DNA of 22,828 nucleotides from a virus (Duplodnaviria > Heunggongvirae > Uroviricota > Caudoviricetes): IMG/VR virus record IMGVR_UViG_2737471841_000005, positions 1-22,828 of that record; one strand, 5' to 3'. This document shows, in pieces, positions 9,303 to 17,706 of this stretch. The notes under the pieces were generated by a model. The model was not told where the DNA came from, did no database searches, and saw nothing but the letters and a program-made list of their open reading frames with translations. The stretch's first letter is position 1. The number at the start of each line of letters is the position of its first letter. Both the position numbers and the translations under genes were made by a program.

Positions 9303-9663
9303 AGCAGCGAAACGGGGTGTGGGAACAGGGGAAAATCAGATACCGGACATGGCTTCTTTTGCCAGTGGTGATGGATGGATGAAATTACCCAACGGTAAAA
9401 TTCTGCAATATGGTCGAGGTGAGGCTATGCCGAAATTATCGACGCAAACAATGAGGATTACATTTCCTATCCCTTTCCCTAAAAAAGCGGACTGCGCCAT
9501 TCTTACCCATTCTGGTGATGGCGGTGCGCCTTTAGGCGCTGGGCGAGGGTTCGTGATGACTGCAGAAGGCCCTACGTTAACCGGCTTTAATTCTGCTTAC
9601 AGAACGTCATCAACCAGCGACACGGTATCTATGCATTACAGTTGGTGGGCTGTTGGTGAGTAA
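9277..9663 (+). pseudogene. Orphan tail-fibre variable C-terminal segment (Sv'-like)
   Basis: Reading frame opens at the crossover site and runs away from the invertase; Gly/Ser/Thr-rich fibre-tip-like sequence; no constant N-terminal fibre part in the window. Confidence 0.45.
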
Positions 9664-9674
9664 TTTTATTCAGG

Positions 9675-9850
9675 GTGATTTATATGAACGAATATGTTTA
9701 TAGTGCCAAGCATAATGCTTTTTTCCCTGTGGATATGATTGATAAATATAAATCAGTAGGATGGGATTTATCAGATGCTAAGGAGGTGAATCAAAATATT
9801 GTCAGTGAGTTTATGGCTGAACCGCCACAAGGAAAAGTCCGTATTTCCGC
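9675..9850 (+). pseudogene. Tail-fibre assembly (Tfa/U'-like) gene, N-terminal fragment
   Basis: Starts MNEYVYSAKHNAFFPVDMIDKYKSVGW, resembling the N-terminus of phage tail-fibre assembly proteins; recognisable sequence stops after about 55 codons where the gpA-like gene overlaps on the other strand. Confidence 0.45.
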
Positions 9851-10951
9851 GATAAGCTCCAGACCTTTAACACAGACCATCATCTCATTGCGGCGATGCG
9901 CAGGGTTGCTGCTGCTGGCGTTTACCACATCTTCCATATCCAGCGTGTCGCCGTCTTCGTTCACCAGTTCATGAGAACGAAAAAACTCCAGCGACTTACG
10001 GCGCTGCTCACGTTTATGCATCACGGCTTCATAGCTGACATAGGGGGATGCTTTTTTGCTGACCAGGCAGACAGCACGCAACTGCTCTTCCCGCCATTCG
10101 CAACGCATCTTCCATAATTTCCGATACCACCAGTCGGCACACAACATACGCGCCAGCGAACCCGGAATGAGTTCATAGGGCACGGGTTTACGGCGGTTTC
10201 TTTTCCGACGGAGTTGCTCAAACGCAGGCGGAATAACATCCAGACGCAGGGTTTCCGCTGCCACCTTTTCCCATGTTTTGCGGATTTCTTCTGGCTTAAC
10301 GTCATCGGTGGCATACAAATCGCCACAAGCTGCATCAAGACACATGCTCATATGCGCAGCAACAAGGGTGGACAGGCGTTTCACCTGATCCTGACTCATT
10401 TCAGGCAGGATCAGCAGGCCGTCCAGCCCTTCATGGCTTGCCATAAAGCGAAAAGAAGTGGATAGCTGACTCTCGCGTACATGCTCCAGTCGTTCCAGAC
10501 ATGGCTTAATCGTCTCACGCAAATAGCGGGAATAAGCCTTTGGCCTGCCCAGGCTGCTGAAGTATTCAATACGTTGCATCAGCGGCTTGCTGATATGGGA
10601 AGGCTGGGCGTTGACGTCCGCCAGAATGACCATGTCTGGATTAAAACGCTGCTGCTCATGCGCCAGCTTTGCCCGGCTAATGAGCTTATCCTGCTCCATT
10701 TCGCGCTGGACAGGATCACGGGATTCATTAAAGAAATAACGCTCCCAGACCTGATCACTCAGTGCCTCGCGGCGCAGTTGTTCCTGCTCGTTATCGGCAG
10801 CGTACAGAGTGATCAGGTTTGAAAGCGCAGAAACCGGCGCAACTTCTGCCGGGTCCAGATAAGGGTTAATAGCCTTTTTCGGGCTGTCCCATGAGAATGC
10901 TGCGGCGGCCTCGTTAAAGCCGCTGCAGTTGTTCATATCAGCATGGCTCAT
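9791..10951 (-). pseudogene. gpA-like replication initiation protein, C-terminally truncated by a deletion
   Basis: 386-aa ORF coupled to dam upstream (ATGA overlap) in the gpA position; about half the length of P2/186 gpA and ends in non-conserved sequence overlapping the tfa fragment. Family call is by position and weak recall. Confidence 0.45.
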
Positions 10952-11805
10952 GCACGCACTCCGTACACGGCAGAACTATCCACGCCACGCGAAGGATCAA
11001 ATCCCACCCAGCAGCGCGCCCCAGAAACAGCGATGATTTCTGTTGCAGATTTACTCTCACCAGCTGCTACGCCGATGCTGCGTTTTGCCTTGATGTAGTG
11101 GTGAGTAAAATTGCGATACAGCGAACGGATCAGGGATGTGTCACTGTTAGAAACAATGACCGGATGTCCTTCTGATGACCGATGTTCAAGAACGGATGCC
11201 AGGTGATACTGGTCATCTTCAGTGAAGCCGTCAGTGTGATAACCGGAAAACGTGCCGTCATACGGCGGATCGCAATACACCACATCCCCCGCCTTCAACA
11301 TCGCCAGCGTTTCATCAAAGCTGGCGCAGATAAACGTTGCCCGCTGGGCTTTCTCTGCAAATGCGCGAATTTCTTTTTCAGGGAAATACGGATTTTTATA
11401 ATTACCGTAGGGAATGTTGAAATACCCGCTCTTGTTATAGCGACATAACCCACGGTAACCATGACGATTGAGATACAGAAAATATACCGCTTTCATGAAA
11501 TCAGTAATTTCAGTGGAGTAATTAAACTCCTGCCTTATGTTGTAATAAGCCACCTCCCTGTTTGCTTCCTCAAATAAAGCTCTGGCACGAGATATAAATG
11601 CCTCACAATCAGCAGCAACCTTTTTATAGAGGTTGATTAAATCAGGATTAATATCCGCAACAAGATAGCTGGGGTAATCCGTCTCCATCATCACAGCACA
11701 GGAACCCGCGAAAGGTTCAACCAGTCGCGGGCCAGCAGGAAGGTGTTTTTTCAGTTCGGACATAATGGCGGTTTTATTTCCCGCCCATTTCAGGATGGTG
11801 CTCAT
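10948..11805 (-). CDS. dam: DNA adenine methyltransferase (Dam-like, GATC N6-adenine MTase)
   Basis: [11 protein letters not shown]...LVEPFAGS...DPPY motifs as in E. coli Dam; GGAGGTG RBS 5 nt before the ATG at 11805; overlaps the TraR-like stop. Confidence 0.9.
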   Translation of the reverse strand: MSTILKWAGNKTAIMSELKKHLPAGPRLVEPFAGSCAVMMETDYPSYLVADINPDLINLYKKVAADCEAFISRARALFEEANREVAYYNIRQEFNYSTEITDFMKAVYFLYLNRHGYRGLCRYNKSGYFNIPYGNYKNPYFPEKEIRAFAEKAQRATFICASFDETLAMLKAGDVVYCDPPYDGTFSGYHTDGFTEDDQYHLASVLEHRSSEGHPVIVSNSDTSLIRSLYRNFTHHYIKAKRSIGVAAGESKSATEIIAVSGARCWVGFDPSRGVDSSAVYGVRA

Positions 11806-12029
11806 ACAGCACCTCCGTTGTAATGTTTGCCTTTCAGCTCTGCAATTTCCTGGCAGGTAATGCAAAGCTGCACACCCGGAATGGCACGGCGGCGTGCTGG
11901 CGGAATTGGCGCTTCACACTCAATGCAAAGCACGCGAGACACGCCCGGTGTTTTGGCACGGGCAGCACGGATATGGCGCTGGCGTTCTTCTTCAACGCGC
12001 TGCTGTACGAGATCCATTGCATCAGCCAT
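11802..12029 (-). CDS. TraR/DksA-family C4 zinc-finger protein
   Basis: 75 aa with CIECEAPIP...CITCQ Cys pairs; typical small P2-like early-region gene. Confidence 0.8.
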   Translation of the reverse strand: MADAMDLVQQRVEEERQRHIRAARAKTPGVSRVLCIECEAPIPPARRRAIPGVQLCITCQEIAELKGKHYNGGAV

Positions 12030-12268
12030 TAGTGGATCTCCTGCGCTTCGTTCTGGATTGCTTCAGCAGTCACACGCAGCAGTTCTGCCGCTTCCACGTG
12101 GTTTAGCTGACGGGATGAGATATGACACGCCAGGCTATCAAGGCGAGCTGCCATTGCTTCAGCCCTTGCCCGGCGTTCTTCCAGACGAGCCTCTGTCAGT
12201 AAAATATTAAGCCCTGCATCATCCGGTCCGGTTTTAGTCATGAGGATTTCAATATTACGCATAATCAA
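12029..12268 (-). CDS. Hypothetical phage early-region protein
   Basis: 79-aa ORF in the early operon, tightly packed with neighbours; no family recognised. Confidence 0.5.
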   Translation of the reverse strand: MIMRNIEILMTKTGPDDAGLNILLTEARLEERRARAEAMAARLDSLACHISSRQLNHVEAAELLRVTAEAIQNEAQEIH

Positions 12269-12329
12269 TTCTCCTGAATTTAGATAAAGGGATGCTCGGC
12301 GGGTTTACGCCATTAATTTCATTAGTTGG

Positions 12330-12671
12330 TTAATTCGGCATGGTTAGCCGTCTGGGAAATAAGCTCACCACTGCACGAAAATGATTCATTGCTTTAATCA
12401 ACTCCCGCTTTTCGTCAGTGGTCAGCTCATTGATGCTGATGCTATGACGTTCAGCCGGAATTTTTGCCATAAAGAATATGGCTGCCAGTGCTCGTTTATT
12501 TTGTTCGTTATTGATATCCCGTGGATCACGCATATCTTTAATAAACCGCTCAAGCTCTGACTCAATATTCAGGCCAAAAACTTTCGCCCTTAATTCCGCT
12601 ATGTGATTAAGTCCATTCAGGCGTTCACCGGGGCTTAATGGAACAGTCGCCGCAGCGCCTTCAATAGCCAT
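12330..12671 (-). CDS. Hypothetical phage early-region protein
   Basis: 113-aa ORF in the early operon; no family recognised. Confidence 0.5.
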   Translation of the reverse strand: MAIEGAAATVPLSPGERLNGLNHIAELRAKVFGLNIESELERFIKDMRDPRDINNEQNKRALAAIFFMAKIPAERHSISINELTTDEKRELIKAMNHFRAVVSLFPRRLTMPN

Positions 12672-12835
12672 TTGTTCCCCCGTTTTTTCGTAGATAGTTC
12701 TGCCAGCAATTCATCTTGTGAACGGCACGGATGCCAGCGTTTACCATCCTCACCCATGATCCAGCCGTGACCGTAGTGCATTGCCGGACTTTGTTTTACC
12801 AGCAGCGATGCAAATGATGGTTCTTTCGTCAGCAT
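12635..12835 (-). CDS. Hypothetical small phage protein
   Basis: ORF downstream of cII; likely start at the internal Met (MLTKEP), avoiding overlap with cII. Confidence 0.4.
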   Translation of the reverse strand: MLTKEPSFASLLVKQSPAMHYGHGWIMGEDGKRWHPCRSQDELLAELSTKKRGNKWLLKALRRLFH

Positions 12836-12842
12836 AAGCACC

Positions 12843-13352
12843 TCACAGCAAACCGAATGAAGCACCGAGGCCGGTTACAGTATCAACTGCACTTGCCATC
12901 GCAGGATTAACCTGTAAACGGGCCTGCAATGAAACAGCAGCTAACGCCATCAGTCGTGTAACAGAGTTAATGCTGCTGATAGCATCACGACGACCTGCAC
13001 TGGTTTTTACATCGCCAGATACCGCACCTGCAGCAACACGCCCGATCTCTGCGGTTGCACTCATGACGTAATGTGGCAGTTTCTCTTTTGCCACCTCATT
13101 AATCGGTACACATGGCAGGCAGTGAATCTGTGCCAGAAAACCGTCTACCAGCGTTGAATCTTCCGTCAGATCGGTAAGTAGCCAGATATCTGGCGCATTG
13201 AGCTGATGCGGTTGATCTGGGTTGAGTTTGTTTCGCAGAGTCTGGACATTCATTCCTGAACGTTCTGCCAGCTTCGCCATATTGTGACGAAGTGCAAAAG
13301 CTCTACAGGCTTCATCAAAATGCGGGTGTTTGGAAATCTTATAATCAAACAT
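12843..13352 (-). CDS. cII: 186-type CII lysogeny-establishment regulator
   Basis: 169 aa, MFDYKISKHPHFDEACRAFALRHNMAKLAE...; size and second position in the rightward operon match coliphage 186 CII. Confidence 0.7.
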   Translation of the reverse strand: MFDYKISKHPHFDEACRAFALRHNMAKLAERSGMNVQTLRNKLNPDQPHQLNAPDIWLLTDLTEDSTLVDGFLAQIHCLPCVPINEVAKEKLPHYVMSATAEIGRVAAGAVSGDVKTSAGRRDAISSINSVTRLMALAAVSLQARLQVNPAMASAVDTVTGLGASFGLL

Positions 13353-13384
13353 GCTACCCCCTTAGAAAGTTCTCATAATTGAAC

Positions 13385-13627
13385 TTACTTACCAACAATG
13401 ACGCGGAAGTTGGAATGACCGAGGGATTCACGGACCTGATCGGTTTTGTACATTAAATAACGCAGGCTTACGCGGCCTTTGTTTTTTTCTTTCTTGACCA
13501 TGTATTTAGCAAGCTGACCATGATGAATTTTTTGATACACAGAGCCGCGGGAGATACCTTCCCATTCCGCGAACTCTGCAGGCGTAGCCATCTCTTTTGG
13601 TACACGAATTGAAATATCAGTGCTCAT
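13385..13627 (-). CDS. apl: Apl/Cox-type excisionase and transcriptional regulator
   Basis: 80-aa basic HTH protein, first gene of the lytic operon, divergent from cI; GGAG RBS upstream. Confidence 0.7.
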   Translation of the reverse strand: MSTDISIRVPKEMATPAEFAEWEGISRGSVYQKIHHGQLAKYMVKKEKNKGRVSLRYLMYKTDQVRESLGHSNFRVIVGK

Positions 13628-13685
13628 AGTGCAGTATCTCCCGATTAAGGTTTGGTTTACGTCGTTTTATCTCGTTTTACTTGAT

Positions 13686-13729
13686 TCAATATTTGATACA
13701 TCGAGATACTACGATCCAATATTTGATAC
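13686..13729. repeat. Two 13-14-bp direct repeats (CAATATTTGATAC) spaced 30 bp apart, bracketing the pR -10; candidate CI operators
   Basis: Copies at 13686..13699 and 13716..13729; second tandem pair TCGTTTTA at 13662..13669 and 13672..13679. Confidence 0.45.
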
Positions 13730-13734
13730 GTCAA
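13706..13734 (-). promoter_or_regulatory. Candidate lytic promoter pR for apl-cII (-35 TTGACG, 17-bp spacer, -10 TAGTAT)
   Basis: Minus-strand hexamers at 13729..13734 and 13706..13711 with 17-bp spacing, about 75 bp upstream of the apl ATG. Confidence 0.55.
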
Positions 13735-13746
13735 CAGGATTAAAAA

Positions 13747-14379
13747 ATGATACAGGTAAAGGTTGGAGAGAATACAGGGGGAAGAGAGGCTATCCATAGA
13801 CTAATGGCAGCCTATGATTTCAAGTCCAGACAGCAACTTTGCGATCACTTAGGCGCATCAAAAAGCACCATGGCAAACAGATACTTAAGAGATAGTTTTC
13901 CTGCAGAGTGGGTGATTCAGTGCGCCTTGGAAACAGGAGTTTCTTTACTGTGGCTAACCACCGGACAGGGGGAGCCAGGTCCAAACATTGAACCTAAAAA
14001 AAATATCAATTCCGTGAACTCCAGCAAGGTTGTACCTCTTTCTGAACTAGTATCTCCTGAAATTGACAAGGCGACTCTCAACGGTGGTTTATTGGTCGAT
14101 GCTGGAAAAGCAATCATTGATAGCAGCATACTCCCCTCAGACTCAAGCAACCTACTGCTGGTGACTACTTCTGGTGATTCTTATTTAATAGATCGCAACC
14201 AAACACCACCAGTAAATGGTATGTGGTTAGTCGATATTGACGGGATAAAAAGCATTGTTAAATTGACTCGACTTCCGGGAAACAAATTAGTAGTGCATCA
14301 GGATGATTCATCGTTTGAGTGTGGCCTAGATGACATTGAGGTAGTAGGCCGCGCACTGAAAATCATTAAGAGCCTTTGA
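13747..14379 (+). CDS. cI: 186-type CI immunity repressor
   Basis: 210 aa; N-terminal HTH region with ...CALETGVSLLWLTTGQGEP resembling 186 CI; immediately precedes int on the same strand. Confidence 0.8.
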   Translation: MIQVKVGENTGGREAIHRLMAAYDFKSRQQLCDHLGASKSTMANRYLRDSFPAEWVIQCALETGVSLLWLTTGQGEPGPNIEPKKNINSVNSSKVVPLSELVSPEIDKATLNGGLLVDAGKAIIDSSILPSDSSNLLLVTTSGDSYLIDRNQTPPVNGMWLVDIDGIKSIVKLTRLPGNKLVVHQDDSSFECGLDDIEVVGRALKIIKSL

Positions 14380-14380
14380 T

Positions 14381-15397
14381 ATGACCATCAGAAAACAGCC
14401 GAACGGAAAATGGTTGTGTGAGTGCTATCCCAATGGACGCAATGGTAAGCGCGTGCGTAAGCAATTTGCTACGAAAGGCGAAGCCATTGCTTTTGAAAGC
14501 TTCACAATGGAAGAAGTGAATAAAAAACCGTGGTTGGGTGAAAAGGATGATCGGCGACGCCTATCAGAATTAATTGAGCTTTGGTATTCCCTGTATGGTC
14601 AGACACTCGCAGACCCCAAGCGCCTCATGGCGAAACTTAGAATTATCTGTAATGGTCTAGGCGACCCCATCGCCTCAGAACTGACAGCCGGTGACTTTAC
14701 GAAATACCGCGAAGCACGATTAAAAGGTGACGTTCGTAACGAAGACGGCACACTAATGTCGCCAGTAAAACCACGCACGGTGAATCTTGAGCAACGTAAC
14801 CTATCATCGGTTTTCGGCACATTGAAAAAACTAGGCCACTGGTCAGCACCAAATCCTCTCGCCGGGCTGCCAACATTTAAAATCGCTGAGGGGGAACTGG
14901 CGTTCCTGACCTCGGAAGAAATTAAACGTCTGCTAGATGCCTGCGCTGATTCTCAAAACCCCAGTCTGCTTTTGATTGCAAAAATATGCCTGGCCACCGG
15001 CGCACGCTGGAGTGAAGCTGAAAACCTGCAGGGCCATCAGTTATCTAAATACCGCATCACTTATACCAAGACGAAGGGTAAGAAAAACCGCACCGTGCCG
15101 ATATCTCAAGATCTGTATGACGAACTCCCCAAGAACAGAGGGAAGCTATTCACCCCGTGCAGAAAAGCCTTTGAACGAGCAGTAAAGCGAGCTGGCATCG
15201 AGCTGCCAGAGGGCCAATGCACTCACGTGCTACGTCATACATTCGCCAGCCATTTTATGATGAATGGCGGAAACATACTGGTGCTGCGCGATATTCTGGG
15301 CCATGCCGATATAAAAATGACGATGATTTACGCCCACTTTTCGCCCGATCACCTTGAAGATGCGGTAACTAAAAACCCTTTATGCAACTTAAGATAG
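14381..15397 (+). CDS. int: Tyrosine integrase, P2/186 family
   Basis: 338 aa; N-terminus like P2 Int (PNGRNGKRVRKQFATKGEAIAFE), catalytic ...TGARWSEA..., HVLRHTFASHFMMNGG and MIYAHF (R-H-R-Y). Confidence 0.92.
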   Translation: MTIRKQPNGKWLCECYPNGRNGKRVRKQFATKGEAIAFESFTMEEVNKKPWLGEKDDRRRLSELIELWYSLYGQTLADPKRLMAKLRIICNGLGDPIASELTAGDFTKYREARLKGDVRNEDGTLMSPVKPRTVNLEQRNLSSVFGTLKKLGHWSAPNPLAGLPTFKIAEGELAFLTSEEIKRLLDACADSQNPSLLLIAKICLATGARWSEAENLQGHQLSKYRITYTKTKGKKNRTVPISQDLYDELPKNRGKLFTPCRKAFERAVKRAGIELPEGQCTHVLRHTFASHFMMNGGNILVLRDILGHADIKMTMIYAHFSPDHLEDAVTKNPLCNLR

Positions 15398-15713
15398 AGT
15401 AACTTATGAAAACAAACTCAAACTATTTACAAATATAATATTCAGCAGGTTATCCATTCTCATTTAACTCTTCAGACTGAGTTTAGGTTTTATTTATAGA
15501 ATAAGATAATTTTTACATCACAAAAAAACATATAAGCCCTCATCTTTGTTGTATAAAAACATCAAAGATGCCACATTCAAAAATAGTAGAAAAGCATAGC
15601 ATTGCAACATTAAAAAGAAACCAATAAAAAACAGTCATTAGAAAATGAAAAAAACAAAAACATTTTTTATCGAAGCTTCAGTCTGACTACTAGTTTGACT
15701 CTGCAATTAACTT

Positions 15714-15745
15714 TCAAGATGATCAATATTTATTGATCATCTTGA
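15714..15745. repeat. Near-perfect 32-bp palindrome (15-bp arms, TT centre) with two GATC sites
   Basis: TCAAGATGATCAATAT-TT-ATTGATCATCTTGA; lies about 30 bp past the 3' end of the deaminase gene in the AT-rich int/cargo spacer. Confidence 0.7.
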
Positions 15746-15777
15746 AGCTTACCTCAGGAAGGATGAGTATAATATTT

Positions 15778-17511
15778 CTACTCAAGGAGATATTCTAACT
15801 CATCTTTTATCGGGATAATTTGCTCATAAAGTCGGTGATATGACTTCCCAATTGCGCCTCTAAATTGTATTAACTTTGGTGGCTTACTACCTATATTAAT
15901 AATATGGTCTTGAGCTATACCTGGGTAGGGATCAATAAATACAATTTCAGATATACCTAACTGATAAGCTTTTTTCGCACACAACTCACAGGGACTGGCA
16001 GTTGTATACAACTTCCCCCCCAGAACGCCAATACCACCATATTTTGCAAGTTGTAAAAATGCGTTTTCCTCAGCATGTAATGCACGTGTATGAACTTGAT
16101 TACCTTTTTTCTCTTTATCAAGATCATTATGTATATCTTTAAAACAATAAGATAAGTTCCTGCCTCTATAAATATCACCAGTTTTATCTATCGCCCTAAA
16201 ATTTAAGAGTTTCTCATTAGCTTTAATTCTGAAAGAACTATTATTTCTCTCATAATGACTGTACGTTTTTTCATCAAAATCGTTCATTAGGCCATCTAGA
16301 GATCTCATAGAGCAAGGAATCTGACCGTTGGCAACATCATTCCAACCAACTGATTTTATTGAATTATCACCATCAGTTACTACAGCTCCCACCTGTCTAG
16401 ATATACAGCCAGAGTTTAATTTTACCGTATACGCAACTTGCATAACCCTTTCCATTGCAGTAGGTGTTATCAGACCAGGATGCTTCATCAGTGCGATGTA
16501 CCACGCTAATTGTGCTTTTAAAATATTGTCATTATCAAATTCATTTTTTGGGTTAAAAATGTGTATATCTGATAGTTCAATACATTTAGTTACATTTGGA
16601 TTGGTGAGATGTTTGTAAGAGTTATCACCTTTACCTGACTCTACAGAATCTATTTCCTCTATCTGCTTTTCTGAAAACTTATGTAGTTTCCGCAAATAGT
16701 TTGTTCGATGTTCATCTGGGGCATTTATTGACATTAAATGAAATGCAGAATATCTATCCTTAAAAAATTTTGCCTCATATGGATTTCTAATAGCATCTAT
16801 GACAATTAATGCGTTATCTCTTTTGCTTTTTCTTATTAATTTAATAACCCTATTAATAGTTTCCGGCAAATGAAAAACAGATTTAGGCATAAACTCTTTA
16901 TCTTCAAAATCGACTTCAATACGCCCACGACGTCTAATTGACTTACCTGCTAACTGATAGGCTGAAACATATAAATTTGAGTTTATCTCATTTAGTTCAG
17001 CTTTGAATTCTTTAGTAAATTTTCTAACTAACTTCAAAATTGATATAAATTTATTAATCGTTTTTTCATCAAGCTTCAATTCACTATTATGATCAAGCAA
17101 ATTCTCAATTACATTTTTAAATCTTGTCAAAATGAGATTATCTGAGAATACACCAAAAGTTAATACAATATCTAAATGCTCTTTACTGATAAATTTATTA
17201 GATGATAGAATGAATTCAGAAGCTTCCTCAACTGTTAACATCAGAAGATACGCTGAGATTAGGTCACTCACCTTAATTGAGTAAAAATTTTCCCAGTGAT
17301 TTTCTGCGAATTTTTTAACTATATTATAACGATGGACATCCAATCCCTTGTAAAACCCCTGTAATTTACTTACATCAGGGAAGACTGTTTTTTCGTTTTC
17401 AAGAATATTAGCTGTTGTTGTGCAACCAGAACCAGTTCGACCTGTCAAACCGACTAAAATAAACTGCCCATTTTCAAGGAAAAGCTCACTAACGAATTTT
17501 TTTTCTTTCAT
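15778..17511 (-). CDS. P-loop kinase-like / cytidine-dCMP deaminase fusion protein (AvcD/Dcd-type anti-phage candidate)
   Basis: 577 aa from ATG 17511 (GTG at 17514 in the track); N-terminal P-loop-like VGLTGRTGSGCTT, C-terminal zinc deaminase motifs HAEENA (around 16075) and PCELCAKK (around 15990); strongly AT-rich; sits between int and attR. Confidence 0.85.
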   Translation of the reverse strand: MKEKKFVSELFLENGQFILVGLTGRTGSGCTTTANILENEKTVFPDVSKLQGFYKGLDVHRYNIVKKFAENHWENFYSIKVSDLISAYLLMLTVEEASEFILSSNKFISKEHLDIVLTFGVFSDNLILTRFKNVIENLLDHNSELKLDEKTINKFISILKLVRKFTKEFKAELNEINSNLYVSAYQLAGKSIRRRGRIEVDFEDKEFMPKSVFHLPETINRVIKLIRKSKRDNALIVIDAIRNPYEAKFFKDRYSAFHLMSINAPDEHRTNYLRKLHKFSEKQIEEIDSVESGKGDNSYKHLTNPNVTKCIELSDIHIFNPKNEFDNDNILKAQLAWYIALMKHPGLITPTAMERVMQVAYTVKLNSGCISRQVGAVVTDGDNSIKSVGWNDVANGQIPCSMRSLDGLMNDFDEKTYSHYERNNSSFRIKANEKLLNFRAIDKTGDIYRGRNLSYCFKDIHNDLDKEKKGNQVHTRALHAEENAFLQLAKYGGIGVLGGKLYTTASPCELCAKKAYQLGISEIVFIDPYPGIAQDHIINIGSKPPKLIQFRGAIGKSYHRLYEQIIPIKDELEYLLE

Positions 17512-17706
17512 CACGTCCCACTTATGAATGCAAGAACAATTAGCATATTAATTATAATTTATTAACTAATTTTATTCTAGATGCTTGATGTAATGGCGGC
17601 ACTTTGGCGGCAGAGCATTAAAAACGCGTAAGACGAGCAAATACAAAATAACACTAACACATTGTTTTCAAACATAATCTACTGTTTTTACTATAATAAA
17701 AATGGT

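Noticed and set aside
11823-12210. Plus-strand ORFs across the TraR-like and neighbouring small genes
   Set aside because: Overlap the densely packed, translationally coupled minus-strand early operon; Arg/Ala-rich shadow frames.
14599-14820. 73-aa minus-strand ORF inside int (also 13917..14150 inside cI)
   Set aside because: Antisense to well-supported genes; no support as separate genes.
15464-15490. Possible intrinsic terminator for int (AACTC...GAGTT followed by GGTTTTATTTAT)
   Set aside because: Stem is only 5 perfect bp and entirely AT-rich; too weak to call with confidence.
17595-17612. Short direct repeat GGCGGCA ... GGCGGCA upstream of the deaminase gene
   Set aside because: Only 7 bp, not an inverted repeat (no hairpin), and it could occur by chance; kept only as part of the candidate leader region.
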